DNA of 64,000 bases from Chloroflexota bacterium. Its GTDB lineage: Bacteria; Chloroflexota; Limnocylindria; Limnocylindrales; CSP1-4. The translations under genes were made by a program, and so were the position numbers. This document shows, piece after piece, positions 28,230 through 38,764 of the stretch. Under the pieces are notes generated by a model. It made no database searches and was not told the DNA's origin. It saw nothing but the letters and a program-made list of their open reading frames with translations. Every line of letters starts with the position of its first letter. Within the stretch, counting starts at the first letter, position 1. The stretch spans positions 48,992 to 112,991 of the forward strand of contig PMIP01000084.1 in the NCBI GenBank assembly GCA_003158295.1. Direction: 5' to 3'.

Positions 28230-30251
28230 CTAGCGAGAGCCGCGGCGGCGGGGCGGGGACATGGCCTCGAGGCGTTCCCGCGCTCGGGTCGTCAGCGTGT
28301 TGTCCTCCCCGAGGGTCCGGCGGTACCCGTCGACAACGGTGCGGGCCAGGTTCTTGGCCGCGACCTTGCGTCCGAGATCCATGAGCGCCTCGGCGTCGTG
28401 AGCGACCATCGCGAGGGTGTCCGGATCCTCGGGTCCGGGATGCCTGCGCAGGATCGCCAGCGCCTCGCCGTATGAAGCGTGCGCCGCGGCGGGGTCCGAG
28501 AGCTTGCGGGCGATGTCGCCCAGGTGGCCTCGCATGTCGGCTACGGCGCGACCGCGCTTGCCCTGCAACCGCAAGTAACCCTCGAGAGTCCGTTGGTACG
28601 TGGCTCTGGCCGCCTCGAACTGGCCCAGGCGCTCCAGCGTCCGGCCGAGGTTGTGGCCCAGTTCGAGCGTATGCGGATCGTCCGGGCCGATCTCGTCGCC
28701 TGTGCTGGCATAGAGCCGGCCCAGCGGACCGGCCACGCGCTCGGAGATGACCCGGGCCCGCTCCTCCTCGCCGAGGTCGTCCAGAATCTCAGCCAGCCAC
28801 ACGAGTGCGTCCAGGGTGCGCTCGTCCTTGGGCCCGTGGAGCTGCTCGTGAGTCTCGACGAGCTGCGTCCAGTGGCGGCGGGCGGAGTCGAGCTCGCCGA
28901 CCTTGCGCTCCTCCCAGGCCAGTCCCCTCAAGGCATCCAGGGTCTCCACGGCTTCGGCGCCCAGGCGGCGGTCCTGCGTCTCATACAACCTGGCGAGGGC
29001 CCGACGCGCATCGGCGTGCGCTTCCATCTTGCCCAGGACCCGGGTCAGCCCCAGGAGAGTCCAGACAGTGTCCGGTTCGTCGGGACCGATGGTCCGAATG
29101 CGCGATTCGGCAAGTTCGGCCAGGCGCGCCGCGGCACCGCTGAGGTCGCCAAGCTGCTCCAGGTTCCAGGCCAGGTCGCCGGTGGCCCACATGGTGGCGG
29201 GATGGTCCGGACCGAGGGTCTTCTGGCGGCGCTCCAGTAGCTGTACGTCCAGGTCGTGGGCCCGGCGATGATCGCCGCCGCGCCCGATCGCGTCGGCGAG
29301 GCCGGCCAAGGCGTCGAGCGTGGCGACGTCCTCGGGCCCGTTGAGGCGAGTCAGTTTGTCGAAGAGGTTGCGATAGGCGATCGCGGCAGGTTTGGCCTCT
29401 CCCAGCTTGAGAACCAGACGGGCGTGCTGGGAGATCGCCGCGAGCGTCTCGGGCGCGTCCGGACCGAAGACCGCGGTGGTGGCCGCCAGCGCCTGCTCGG
29501 AGAGCGACCGTCCGGAGGCGGTGTCGCCTGCGCCGCACAGGGCCCGAGCCAGGCTCAGCATGGCGTCCAGCGTGTCGGCGTGAGTTGGTCCCAGTACGCG
29601 GCGACTCCGATCCACGCGCTCGGCGAGGATCTCGCAGGCTCGCGGGTACTCCTCCATGGCGATGAGGATGCTGCCCAGGTGCGTCATCGTCCGCAGCGTC
29701 AGAGCGTTCTCCGGTCCGAGAACGCGGCGTTGCGTATCCAGGAGTTGCTCGAACGTGGCCCGGGCGGCCGCGTTGTCGCCGAGCGCCCGATAGGTCAGGC
29801 CCAGGTTGTGCAGGGCGCTGAGTGTGGCCGGGTCCTCAACTCCCAGCGAGTTGCGCCGGCCGTTGTAGACCCGCTCGTACAAGGGACGGGCCAGTTGCGA
29901 CTCCTCCATGTACGACAGGGCGATGGCCAGGCCGTGGACCGCCGAGAGCGTGTCGAGGTTGCGCGGCCCAAAGACCCGCTCGGACCGTTCGAGCAGGACC
30001 GTGTAGGCGTCCCGGGCGCCCTGGTACTCCTCGAGCTCCATGGCGATCGCCGCCAGACGCGCCTCGACCTCGATCGTCGTGGGGTGGTCCGGGCCGAGCA
30101 GCTTGCGGCGCGCTTCCAGAACCTGCCGACAAATCGGTCGTTGCAGGCGGGGGTCTTCTACTCCTTCGAGGAGGACGCTCAGGTCCTGCAGCGCGGCAAG
30201 GCCCGCGATTGCTCGAGCCGGCGTGCCGGTGCCGGCTGAACCGCTATCCAT
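28230..30251 (-). CDS. tetratricopeptide-repeat protein (about 14 tandem 42-aa TPR_10/12-type repeats, no other domain)
   Basis: 673 aa. Regular LGP(D/E)HPDTL....LA.....G....A periodicity throughout. Confidence 0.7.
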   Translation of the reverse strand: MDSGSAGTGTPARAIAGLAALQDLSVLLEGVEDPRLQRPICRQVLEARRKLLGPDHPTTIEVEARLAAIAMELEEYQGARDAYTVLLERSERVFGPRNLDTLSAVHGLAIALSYMEESQLARPLYERVYNGRRNSLGVEDPATLSALHNLGLTYRALGDNAAARATFEQLLDTQRRVLGPENALTLRTMTHLGSILIAMEEYPRACEILAERVDRSRRVLGPTHADTLDAMLSLARALCGAGDTASGRSLSEQALAATTAVFGPDAPETLAAISQHARLVLKLGEAKPAAIAYRNLFDKLTRLNGPEDVATLDALAGLADAIGRGGDHRRAHDLDVQLLERRQKTLGPDHPATMWATGDLAWNLEQLGDLSGAAARLAELAESRIRTIGPDEPDTVWTLLGLTRVLGKMEAHADARRALARLYETQDRRLGAEAVETLDALRGLAWEERKVGELDSARRHWTQLVETHEQLHGPKDERTLDALVWLAEILDDLGEEERARVISERVAGPLGRLYASTGDEIGPDDPHTLELGHNLGRTLERLGQFEAARATYQRTLEGYLRLQGKRGRAVADMRGHLGDIARKLSDPAAAHASYGEALAILRRHPGPEDPDTLAMVAHDAEALMDLGRKVAAKNLARTVVDGYRRTLGEDNTLTTRARERLEAMSPPRRRGSR

Positions 30252-30513
30252 CGACAGAACAAGTGCTCCTGGCTAAACGCCTATGGGCGCCAATGATGCC
30301 AGGTTCGCGCTCCGACGGTCCGGCTTGGCAGGCGCGGAGCCATTGGTCTGCCCCACGCAAGCCCGCCGCAGCGAGGCGAACGAGGTTCGCACAGCGGCGA
30401 GAAGACGATGCGAGCCAAGTTGGGGTCGCGTCTTCACCCCGCGACGGCCGTCGCCCAGACGGAGCGCCACAGACGAGGCCGACCCAACGCGTAGAGCCCG
30501 GCCGGCCGGCCGA

Positions 30514-31044
30514 CTACTCCGCGTCTGGCGCCAATCCGCCCTCGGTCGAAGCGGTCCGCAGCGAGAGCGCCATCTCCCGGTTGGCCAGGACCGTGTGGAA
30601 CCACTCGGAGACCGGCTCGTCGCAGAACATGTACTCGAGAACCGCGTCTGTAATGGCGACCATGGTGGGCCGGTGATCGATGCTTCGTACGGGGTTCGCG
30701 GTCGGCGGTGCGTGCATGAATCCCTCGGCGCTGTAAGGGCCGAGCTTCATCAAGACGCCGTTCGGCTTCGTTGCGAGACGCCGGCTCGGGTCACCCCGCG
30801 GGCCGCTCGCGACGACGAGATCGAGTTCTTTGCGCTCTATCTCGAGCTGCTCGAACTCCTGGCTGTGACCGTCGACCGTGCTGACTACCACCGCGTGACG
30901 AACCAGGACGCTGTCTCGTCGATTCAACAGATCGGCCAGGCGCGCGTCCTCGAGGTCTACCCTGCCTTCGACGCGGCAATCGTCGGCGAATCCGACAAAG
31001 TCGATCTCCGTTCCCATGGTTTCGCCAGTCCGCTCGTCGCGCAC
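30514..31044 (-). CDS. hypothetical protein
   Basis: 176-aa ORF upstream of the TPR gene with typical codon bias and no recognisable motif. Start may be the second ATG (MGTEID). Confidence 0.4.
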   Translation of the reverse strand: MRDERTGETMGTEIDFVGFADDCRVEGRVDLEDARLADLLNRRDSVLVRHAVVVSTVDGHSQEFEQLEIERKELDLVVASGPRGDPSRRLATKPNGVLMKLGPYSAEGFMHAPPTANPVRSIDHRPTMVAITDAVLEYMFCDEPVSEWFHTVLANREMALSLRTASTEGGLAPDAE

Positions 31045-31189
31045 TTCACGAATCTCCTATGGGAGTAATCGGGCCTAGCGGTCCTCGAAAAGTATACGCC
31101 GCGTGCGGCACGCCACCACCGAAGACCAGTCGCGGCCGGCAGGGCCGAAGGATCGCGTAAAGACGCGGCCGAAGAACCGGACGAGGGCG

Positions 31190-31882
31190 TCAGGGCCGGC
31201 TTCTGGTGGCCCGATCGGCCGGTCCATCATCCTCTCCGGTACCGGCGGAGGTCGCTGCGGACCCGGGCGACCGGCCGATCTGTCGTTCCTGGCCGCGCAG
31301 GAGTCGCCCGATGTTGTCGAGGTGGAAAAGCCAGATGAGGCCGGGCACGCCGACGCCGTAGACGATGTATATGGGCGCGAGCGGTGTCGCCACGGCAATC
31401 ACGATCATCACGATCCCGCCGATGAGGCTCGCGCTGAGCGATCCGATCGATGAGACCCTGGTCAGAGCGATCGTGATGATGAAGACCGGGAAGATGGCGA
31501 CCAGGATCAACGGCGCGATGATCAACGCACCGCCGGTGGCCGGGGCTACTCCGCGGCCGCCGTGCATGGCGATGAAGGGAGAGCGGCTGTGGCCGACGAT
31601 CGCGGCCAGTGCGGCCACTATCCGCGGGACGTCGCCGCCGCCGATGGCCACGATCAGGAGGACGGCCGCCGACGCTTTGGCGACGTCCAGCAGGCCGGAG
31701 ACCGCGGCCCAGCGATAGCCGACCGCGCGCGAGACATTGGCGCCGCCTGTGCGGCCGCTGCCGATCGTCCGCGGATCCGGCCCCCCGATCAACCGCGGAA
31801 CGATGATTCCGAATGGAATGCCACCGAGTAGATAGCCGGCCACGAGCGCAACGGCGACCCGGACGAGGTCGATGGTCTGCAT
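31190..31882 (-). CDS. plsY: glycerol-3-phosphate acyltransferase PlsY
   Basis: 230 aa. GSGRTGGANVSR matches the PlsY GSGNxGATNV motif. Five TM helices. Confidence 0.8.
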   Translation of the reverse strand: MQTIDLVRVAVALVAGYLLGGIPFGIIVPRLIGGPDPRTIGSGRTGGANVSRAVGYRWAAVSGLLDVAKASAAVLLIVAIGGGDVPRIVAALAAIVGHSRSPFIAMHGGRGVAPATGGALIIAPLILVAIFPVFIITIALTRVSSIGSLSASLIGGIVMIVIAVATPLAPIYIVYGVGVPGLIWLFHLDNIGRLLRGQERQIGRSPGSAATSAGTGEDDGPADRATRSRP

Positions 31883-31948
31883 CGCCGGGAAGTATAGGGC
31901 GATGGATCGAACCCGAAGGCGATCCCTACGGCCGGCGGGACAGTCTGC

Positions 31949-33085
31949 TCAGGGAGCGTCCGGCCGGTCGCCGGCCGCCCCGCGACCCGTCCGGACGGCC
32001 TCGGTGAGCTCCGCTGCCAGTCGCTCGGGATGACCGCGCAGCCACTCCCGACGGCGCGGGTCCGAGGCCACTTCTTCGACCAGCTCGGCCAGGCGGGCAT
32101 TGACCGGGGTAGGGATTCCCAGATCCGCGCCGGCGCGGGCCACGGCGCCGTTCATCCACGGTGCTTCGGTTGGTTCCGTGGCGGCGCCGTCCGGAGCCGC
32201 TGATCGGACCTGGATCCGCAGCGACGGCGACTTGCCGGCACGGGCACCACCGACCGCACGAGTCAGGATGGGCCGGCCGAGCCAGGCCGGCAGTCGGAAC
32301 CCTCGAGCCAGCCACGGAACGGGACCTCCGGGCAGCGCAACCGGTCGAAGCCCGAGCCGGGCCATGACCCCGAGAGCCTCCAGCAGCTGCCGCCGTTCGA
32401 TCGAGAAGAGGCGCCGGTCGCGATAGATCCGGTCGGCGTCCATGTCGAGGATCGCACCCGTCGCGTTGGCGAGGAGATTGGCCAGCAGCTTGGACCACTT
32501 CATGGATCGCGAGTCGGTGAGCCTGGACGTTCGCAGCCCGGCGGCGCTGAAATCGGCGATGAGGCCTCCGAGCAGGGGCTCGGCGTTCGGTGTCACGGCG
32601 GCAAGGCCCAGCCCGCCCTTGCCCATCCAGACGACCTCGTCCTCGGACGCGAGCCGGATGGGCGCGGTCAGCGACCCGGCCAGGATGAGCGCTCCGGGAC
32701 GCACCTGCGCCGCGATCTCCTCGGCGCCGATGCCGTTCTCCACTGTCAGCGTCGGCACGGACGGCCAGAGCAGCGTCGGCGCCAGCGCCTCGCGCAGAGC
32801 GGGCATCTTGACTGCAACGAGGATCAGGTCCGGGGCGGGAGCGTCTTGGGTGCGGGTCACCCGCCGGACCTCGACCGTGACCCGGGTGCCGTCGGGCCGG
32901 ACCAGGTCGATCGGACGGCTCGAGTCCGGTTCGAAGATCCGGACCAGCGTGACGTCGTGGCCGGCGGAGCCGAGCAGGGCGCCCAGGAACGACCCCACGG
33001 CCCCGGCCCCCACGACCAATGTGTGGCGTGGCGTCGGCTCTGGGGGGCCGGCGCGTCTCGTTGTGGGCGCCTGCCGGTCTGTCAT
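31949..33085 (-). CDS. 2-dehydropantoate 2-reductase family (ApbA/PanE-like NAD(P)-dependent oxidoreductase)
   Basis: N-terminal VVGAGAVGSFLGALLGSAGHDVTLV Rossmann motif and ApbA-like length. Overlaps the upstream Fe-S gene by 4 nt. Confidence 0.65.
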   Translation of the reverse strand: MTDRQAPTTRRAGPPEPTPRHTLVVGAGAVGSFLGALLGSAGHDVTLVRIFEPDSSRPIDLVRPDGTRVTVEVRRVTRTQDAPAPDLILVAVKMPALREALAPTLLWPSVPTLTVENGIGAEEIAAQVRPGALILAGSLTAPIRLASEDEVVWMGKGGLGLAAVTPNAEPLLGGLIADFSAAGLRTSRLTDSRSMKWSKLLANLLANATGAILDMDADRIYRDRRLFSIERRQLLEALGVMARLGLRPVALPGGPVPWLARGFRLPAWLGRPILTRAVGGARAGKSPSLRIQVRSAAPDGAATEPTEAPWMNGAVARAGADLGIPTPVNARLAELVEEVASDPRRREWLRGHPERLAAELTEAVRTGRGAAGDRPDAP

Positions 33086-33951
33086 TGCCTGCCCCTACCC
33101 AGTAACGATCGAACCCGGCCGAAGGCAACTCGACGGCGCAACCCCAGCAACGCCCGGGCCGGATCCACCGCCGATGGGCAGACGGCTGTGCACTGCATGG
33201 CGTCGCGGCATCGCCACACTGAATCCGGCTCGGCGGCGATGGCGAAGATCGGGCCGAGTGGTTGGCCGCGCGGCTCATCGGCGACGCGGGCAGCCGCGGC
33301 GAGTGCGGCCGGGCCGAGGTAGGACCGGTCGGTCCGGGAGATCGGGCACGCGGACAGGCACAGGCCGCACTCGATGCAGTTCTCGAATCGGGTGTACGCC
33401 TTGACGCCCTCCGGCGGCTCCGCCCCACCGACGGTCTCTGCCGATCGAACGAGCGGAAACCCGACGGCCTCGAACCGAGCGTAGAAGTCGACCATGTCGG
33501 TCGCCAGGTCCGCCACGGGACGCTGATTCACGAGCGGCTCGACGTCGACGGTGGGTGCCGTGACGCCGGCCACCTTCGTGTCGCAGGCGAGGGCTTCTCG
33601 GCCGTTGATTCGGACGCCGCACGTGCCGCACGAAGCGTGCATGCAGGAATGGCGCATCACGAGCGACGGGTCGCGGTTCCGCCTGATCTCGAGGAGGAGA
33701 TCCAGGACGGTTGCGCCGGGCTCCGGCGTGAATTCGAACTCTTCGAAATGCGGCTTGCGATCGCCGGCCCGCAGGCGGGAGATGCGCAGATGAACGGTCG
33801 GCCCCACCTGCTCGGGAGGGGCTGCCGTCTCGGGCGTGCCTGCCGTCTCGGGCGGGCCTACCGGCTCGGGCGGGCCTACCGGCTCGGGCGGGCCTACCGG
33901 CTTGGGCGCCGTCTCGGCCGGCTGGATCGGCGGGAGTGTCGATTCGCTCAT
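33082..33951 (-). CDS. succinate-dehydrogenase/fumarate-reductase-type iron-sulfur subunit (2Fe-2S plus 4Fe-4S) with N-terminal PEPVGP repeats
   Basis: CMHASCGTCGVRINGREALAC (plant-type 2Fe-2S) and CIECGLCLSACP plus CTAVCP (4Fe-4S) motifs. Confidence 0.7.
   Translation of the reverse strand: MSESTLPPIQPAETAPKPVGPPEPVGPPEPVGPPETAGTPETAAPPEQVGPTVHLRISRLRAGDRKPHFEEFEFTPEPGATVLDLLLEIRRNRDPSLVMRHSCMHASCGTCGVRINGREALACDTKVAGVTAPTVDVEPLVNQRPVADLATDMVDFYARFEAVGFPLVRSAETVGGAEPPEGVKAYTRFENCIECGLCLSACPISRTDRSYLGPAALAAAARVADEPRGQPLGPIFAIAAEPDSVWRCRDAMQCTAVCPSAVDPARALLGLRRRVAFGRVRSLLGRGRQ
33856..33912. repeat. 18-bp tandem repeat x3 (ggcctaccggctcgggcg) encoding PEPVGP x3
   Basis: Visible triplication. 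Confidence 0.7.
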
Positions 33952-35264
33952 CGGGCGTACCAGGCCGCGTGAGGCAGAAGCGTGACGTCGCTGGTTTCAC
34001 AGGGCCGGTCGATGCCGAGCTTGCCGCAGACCACGTTCGCGGTGATCTCCGCCATGGCCCGCAGCGTGGTCGCCTTGCCCCCGGCGATCGTGACGAAACC
34101 CTCGGTTGGGCTGTCGTCCAGGGCGTGATCGAAGCAACGGAATTCGCGGGCCATCCCTCGCCCGCTCTGGGTGCCGTTCTTGCCGATGAGAGGCCGCGTG
34201 GCCGACCACGAAGCCCTGATCTCCGCACCACGAAGTGCCGGCAGCAGATTCGAAGTCTCGCGCACGACATTCTCGACGTGGTCGGCGGGGACGTCCGGAT
34301 CGTCCGGGTCGTTGACCGGCCACGAGCTCGTGCCGAGCACGGTCATGCCGCGCTGGGGCAGTGCGATGTCGCCGTCTCCCGGGGCGTGGAGCCGGTTGAC
34401 GACCATGTTGCAGTGGCGGCCGCGCACGGCAACCATCACACCGGCGGTTGGCGCGACCGGGACGGTGACGCCCGCCAGCGCCGCGACCTTCCCCGCCCAC
34501 GGCCCCGCGGCGTTGATCACGATATCCGCGCCGATCTCGTAGTCACGCCCGGCCGCGTGATCCCGGACCGCGACTCCCCGGACGGACCGCCCGGCCGTCG
34601 TCACGGCCGTTACCTCGGTGAAGGTCAGAATCTCGGCGCCGTTACGCCGGGCCGTGGCGAAGAACCGCAAGGGCAGCCGCATCGCGTCCATGGTGGCATC
34701 CGGCACCTGCACGGCCAGGCGCAGGTCAGGGTTGAGGCCGGGCTCGAGGCGAAGGGCATGGGCGCGGTCGATCCGGCGGGTCGGGACGGCACACTGCCAG
34801 CACCCCTCCAGGAACTGCCGCTCCAAGTCGGCGTCCTCGTCGGTCAGAGCCACGAACAGGCCGTCGTTCTCCTCGAACGATCCCGGAGCGATGCGGCGCA
34901 GGATCTTGTTCTCGCCGATGCACTCTATGGCGGAGGCACGGTCCGTCATCGCGTAGCGAGCGCCGCTATGAAGCAGGCCGTGGTGACGGCCCGTCGTGCC
35001 CGAGGTCACCTCGCCTCGTTCGACGAGGGTCACTCGCAGGCCGCGCAGGACGAGGTCGTGGGCGACCGCGGCGCCGGTGCCGCCGCCGCCGATGATCACA
35101 ACGTGGGGAGGATCCCTCGGCGCCGGCGGGGCGGCCTCGCGGAATTCGGCCCGCGCCCCGGGGCTCACCCGATCCAGTGGAGACACCATGCCACGATCAT
35201 CTTCCAGGACCCGTTCTCCTTCTGTCGCGCGGCCGGATCCATCGCGGCCGCCGGTCACGGTCAC
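33948..35264 (-). CDS. glpA: FAD-dependent glycerol-3-phosphate dehydrogenase (GlpA/GlpD family)
   Basis: VVIIGGGGTGAAVAHDL dinucleotide-binding motif and overall similarity to GlpA. Likely start MVSP at 35189. Confidence 0.7.
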   Translation of the reverse strand: MTVTGGRDGSGRATEGERVLEDDRGMVSPLDRVSPGARAEFREAAPPAPRDPPHVVIIGGGGTGAAVAHDLVLRGLRVTLVERGEVTSGTTGRHHGLLHSGARYAMTDRASAIECIGENKILRRIAPGSFEENDGLFVALTDEDADLERQFLEGCWQCAVPTRRIDRAHALRLEPGLNPDLRLAVQVPDATMDAMRLPLRFFATARRNGAEILTFTEVTAVTTAGRSVRGVAVRDHAAGRDYEIGADIVINAAGPWAGKVAALAGVTVPVAPTAGVMVAVRGRHCNMVVNRLHAPGDGDIALPQRGMTVLGTSSWPVNDPDDPDVPADHVENVVRETSNLLPALRGAEIRASWSATRPLIGKNGTQSGRGMAREFRCFDHALDDSPTEGFVTIAGGKATTLRAMAEITANVVCGKLGIDRPCETSDVTLLPHAAWYAR

Positions 35265-35542
35265 TCGCCAAGTTTGCGCGGAGATCGTCGATCGCGCTTT
35301 CGGAATCCGGCACGTGGCGGAGTCATATCGCGGGCGAAATGCCTCCGCGCTGCCGCCACTCTCTGGTTGCGGCCAGGCTCGCGAGCCCGGCCTAGCCCAG
35401 CCTGGAGGCCGGCCGCGATGAGCCGACCGACGAGCCGGCTCGGCCCTGTGCAGGAGGGCTGCGCCGACCGATGGCTGATGCGCACTGCGGGCGCCGCGGT
35501 CCGGTGTTGCTCGCTCGCCCGCCGAAAGCGCAGCATTGCGGC

Positions 35543-37025
35543 CATGACGATGCCACGAGCTGCGAGCGGAAGCCCGGTTCGGGCCCTGCTCTTTACGATG
35601 ACCCTGGGGTTGCTGACCGCCGCCTGCGGCGCGTCGACAACGTCCACCTTCTCGCCCGGCCCCCCGGCGGCAGTGGCAACGGCAACGCCCGAGACGGCCG
35701 TGTCCGCTGTTCCGACCGCATCGGTGGCGCCGATCGCGTCCGCGGCTCCGGCGTCGGCCAGCCCTTCAGCGACCCCGGCCGATCTCGGCGACTGGCCCGT
35801 CTACCACCTCGACGCGGAGAGGAGCGGCTACTCGCCGGCTTTCCCGGCCTTCAGGGGGTCGCTGAGCGCGGCCTGGTCGGCGCACCTGGATGGCGCCGTG
35901 TACGGTCAACCACTGGTCGTGCATGGGCGGGTCATCGCGGCCACCGAAGGCGACAGCGTCTACGCCCTGGATCCGGCGAGCGGCGCCATCGTGTGGCGCC
36001 GGAATCTGGGCACGCCGGTGCGACTGTCGTCTCTTCCGTGCGGCGACATCGACCCGCTCGGCATAACCGGAACACCCGCCTACGACCCGGCCACGAACTC
36101 GCTCTTCGCCGTCGCCGAGGTGACGGGACCGCACCACATCCTGTTCGCCCTGGATGCGGACTCGGGCGCTGTGCTCTGGTCCCGTGATGTCGATCTCCCC
36201 GGGCAGAACCCGGCCACGCACCAGCAGCGGCCCGCCCTGGCCGTGGCGAACGGATACGTCTACATCGGCTTCGGAGGCCTGGCCGGTGACTGCGGCCAGT
36301 ACAAGGGCAAAGTGGTCGGAGTGCCGACGAGCGGGCAGGGCGCCACGATCTCCTATGTCGTGCCGGTCGCCCGCGAAGGCGCGGTCTGGGCCACGGGCGG
36401 GCCGGCGATCGACGCCGTCGGGAATCTGTACGTCTCCACTGGCAACGGTAGCTCTACCAGCATCTACGACGGCAGCGACTCCGTCGTCCAGCTCTCCCCG
36501 ACGCTGAGCCTCCTCTCCAGGTTCGCGCCGGCGAGCTGGGCCCAGGACAACGCCACCGACGCGGACCTGGGCTCGACGAGTCCCATGCTCCTGCCCGGCG
36601 GCCTCGTCCTGATCGTCGGCAAGAGCGGCACGGCCTACGTCTTGCGACAGGGCGCGCTCGGCGGGATAGGTGGACAAGTGTCTTCGGCCTACGTCTGCGG
36701 TTCGTTCGGAGCCGCCGCGAGGAGCGGCAGCACGATCTTCGTGCCCTGTGAGAATGGGCTGCGCGAGATCCAGGTCATGGCCGATGGGACGATAGCTGTG
36801 GGTTGGAAGACATCGACTGGAGCCGGCGCGCCGCCGGTGGTGGGCGGAGGCGCGGTCTGGACCTGCAACATCGACAGGGGCACGCTGTTCGCGCTCGATC
36901 CGACGACCGGCGCCACTCTGGCGAGCCTTGCCGTCGGCGATCTTCCCCATTTCGCGTCTCCGACCCTGTGGCAGGGAAAGGTCTTCATCGGAACGCTGGC
37001 GGGCGTGGCGACCGTCAACGCCTGA
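35543..37025 (+). CDS. lipoprotein with PQQ-like beta-propeller repeats
   Basis: Lipobox LLTAAC after the signal peptide. Repeated AxDAxxGxxLW motifs (VYALDPASGAIVWRR, LFALDADSGAVLWSR, LFALDPTTGATL). Confidence 0.7.
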
Positions 37026-37162
37026 GCGCTGGGCGCCGTAGCCCTGAGGCAGGTGGCGCTCGGGTTCGATCCGTGGCTCATCGCTGCCTCGAACAGCGCT
37101 ACCCTTGGACCAGCCAACGATCCGCCGCCTGGCCGCTCAGGCGATCAGCACAGGAGATGCCC

Positions 37163-37700
37163 GATGACCCGGATGTCACCGGAGGAGGCCGACGCCTACC
37201 GCAAGCCCGTGCTCGACGCGTTGGGCGCGGATGACCCATTCGAGGTCCAGGAGGCCGAGTTCGAGGCCTGGCAACGGACGATCGAGGCCGCCGGCGACGA
37301 TCTCCGAGAACGTCCGGCCGACGAGGAATGGTCGGTCGTCGAACTGCTAGGCCACATGATGGACTCGGAGATGGTGACGTCGGTGCGCTACCGGTGGGTA
37401 CTCGCGGAAGACCGTCCGGCGCTGCCCGGTTACGACCAGGAGGCGTGGACGGAGCAGTTCAACCACCGCAGCGACGATCCGGAGCTGCTGCTGACGCTCT
37501 TCGGCGCCCTGAGGCTGGCCAACCTGGAGCTGTGGGAACGCACCCCGGCGGAGGATCGTGGCCGCGTCGGCATCCACGCCGAGCGAGGGCCCGAATCGTT
37601 CGACCTTCTCTTCCGGCTGCAGGCCGGCCACGGCCGCGTGCATCTGGCCCAGGCTGAGGAGGCTCTGGCGACGATACGGAGCCGCCAGGCGCCGGCCTGA
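37163..37700 (+). CDS. DinB/YfiT-like (DinB_2) metal-dependent hydrolase family protein
   Basis: About 178 aa with conserved His spacing (LLGHMMDSE ... RVHLAQ). Confidence 0.6.
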
Positions 37701-37813
37701 CCCACAACGACCTCGATTGGCGCCAATCGTCGCCTTCGGCCCTTGGCAGCGCCGGGTGGCGTCGGTAATCTTCGAACCAGCTACGGCACCGTCACGGCCG
37801 GGAGGATTGGGGT

Positions 37814-38752
37814 TTGAACATGGCGGTCATCGCGGCCACGGGCATCACGGCCCTGGTGGTGTTCCTCTTCCTGGCGGAGTGGGCCAGCCTGACAGAGAGC
37901 CGCGCTCGGCATTGGGCGCACATCTTCAACGCCGTCCGCTGGGGATGCGTGATCGCGTTGTGCTGGGCGCTCATTTGGGCGGCCTTCTCGGCGCCGGCGC
38001 CGGAGCGGACCGCCACACTGGTGGGCCTGGCCGCTCTCACCGTGGCCCTGATGCTCGTCCCCGTCCGCTGGTTCGTTCGCCTGGCCGGCCACGACCCGAC
38101 CTGGGAGGTGCGGCGGATTCGCGTCGAGGTAACTCGACTGACCAACGCGGTCCGGCGAGGCGGCGAATCGGTGCCAACCGATCAACTGCGCAGCCTGCTC
38201 GATCGCCTCGATCGGGCAAGAGATCCCGCGACGGCCGAGCTGTGCAGCTTGCTGGCGGCCGAGGTCCAGGATGTGCTGGCCGGCTCCGAATCATGGAACG
38301 AGGCGGGCCGGCGAACCATCCGGATCGACGAGTTGTGCCGCAAGTTCTGGCCGGGCGACATGCCTCCGCCCGATTTCGAAGCCGGCGAAGCTACCTTCCG
38401 GTGGCGCCTGTATCGAGCTTTTGGGCAGCTCATGGAAGCCGGAGTTGCGACCCCGGGAACTGAGCAGCGCGACGAGTTCGCGCGCCTCCTGGGCTCCCTC
38501 GACCCCTTCCGGCGACCCGACACCAAGAACCTGATCCGGGACATCCGGCGCTCGGGTAACCGCTGGCTGGCCGAACGCTCTTCCCAGCGACCCTGGATCG
38601 ATGCCTTCGACTTCTCCGTCCTGGGCCCCAACGGACTCGAGGAGGTCAGGCAGCTGTGGGGCCGAGACGCTGCCCTGTGGGGCGCTGAGCTCGATGAGGA
38701 GGATCGCCGGGCCCTCGAGGAGGACGTGGCGAGGCGCGCCTCCGCCTCGTGA
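37814..38752 (+). CDS. hypothetical membrane protein
   Basis: 312 aa. Three N-terminal TM helices, then a charged cytoplasmic domain. Confidence 0.5.
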   Translation: MNMAVIAATGITALVVFLFLAEWASLTESRARHWAHIFNAVRWGCVIALCWALIWAAFSAPAPERTATLVGLAALTVALMLVPVRWFVRLAGHDPTWEVRRIRVEVTRLTNAVRRGGESVPTDQLRSLLDRLDRARDPATAELCSLLAAEVQDVLAGSESWNEAGRRTIRIDELCRKFWPGDMPPPDFEAGEATFRWRLYRAFGQLMEAGVATPGTEQRDEFARLLGSLDPFRRPDTKNLIRDIRRSGNRWLAERSSQRPWIDAFDFSVLGPNGLEEVRQLWGRDAALWGAELDEEDRRALEEDVARRASAS

Positions 38753-38764
38753 TCGAGACGCCGC

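Noticed and set aside
33936-37025. 1029-aa plus-strand ORF
   Set aside because: Its first roughly 1600 nt are antisense to the glpA-like and Fe-S genes and read as low-complexity Arg/Gly. Only the portion from the lipoprotein start at 35543 is real.
37060-37090. Possible tRNA T-arm (GGGTTCGATCC)
   Set aside because: The flanking sequence cannot form a 5-bp T-stem or an acceptor stem. No cloverleaf is possible.
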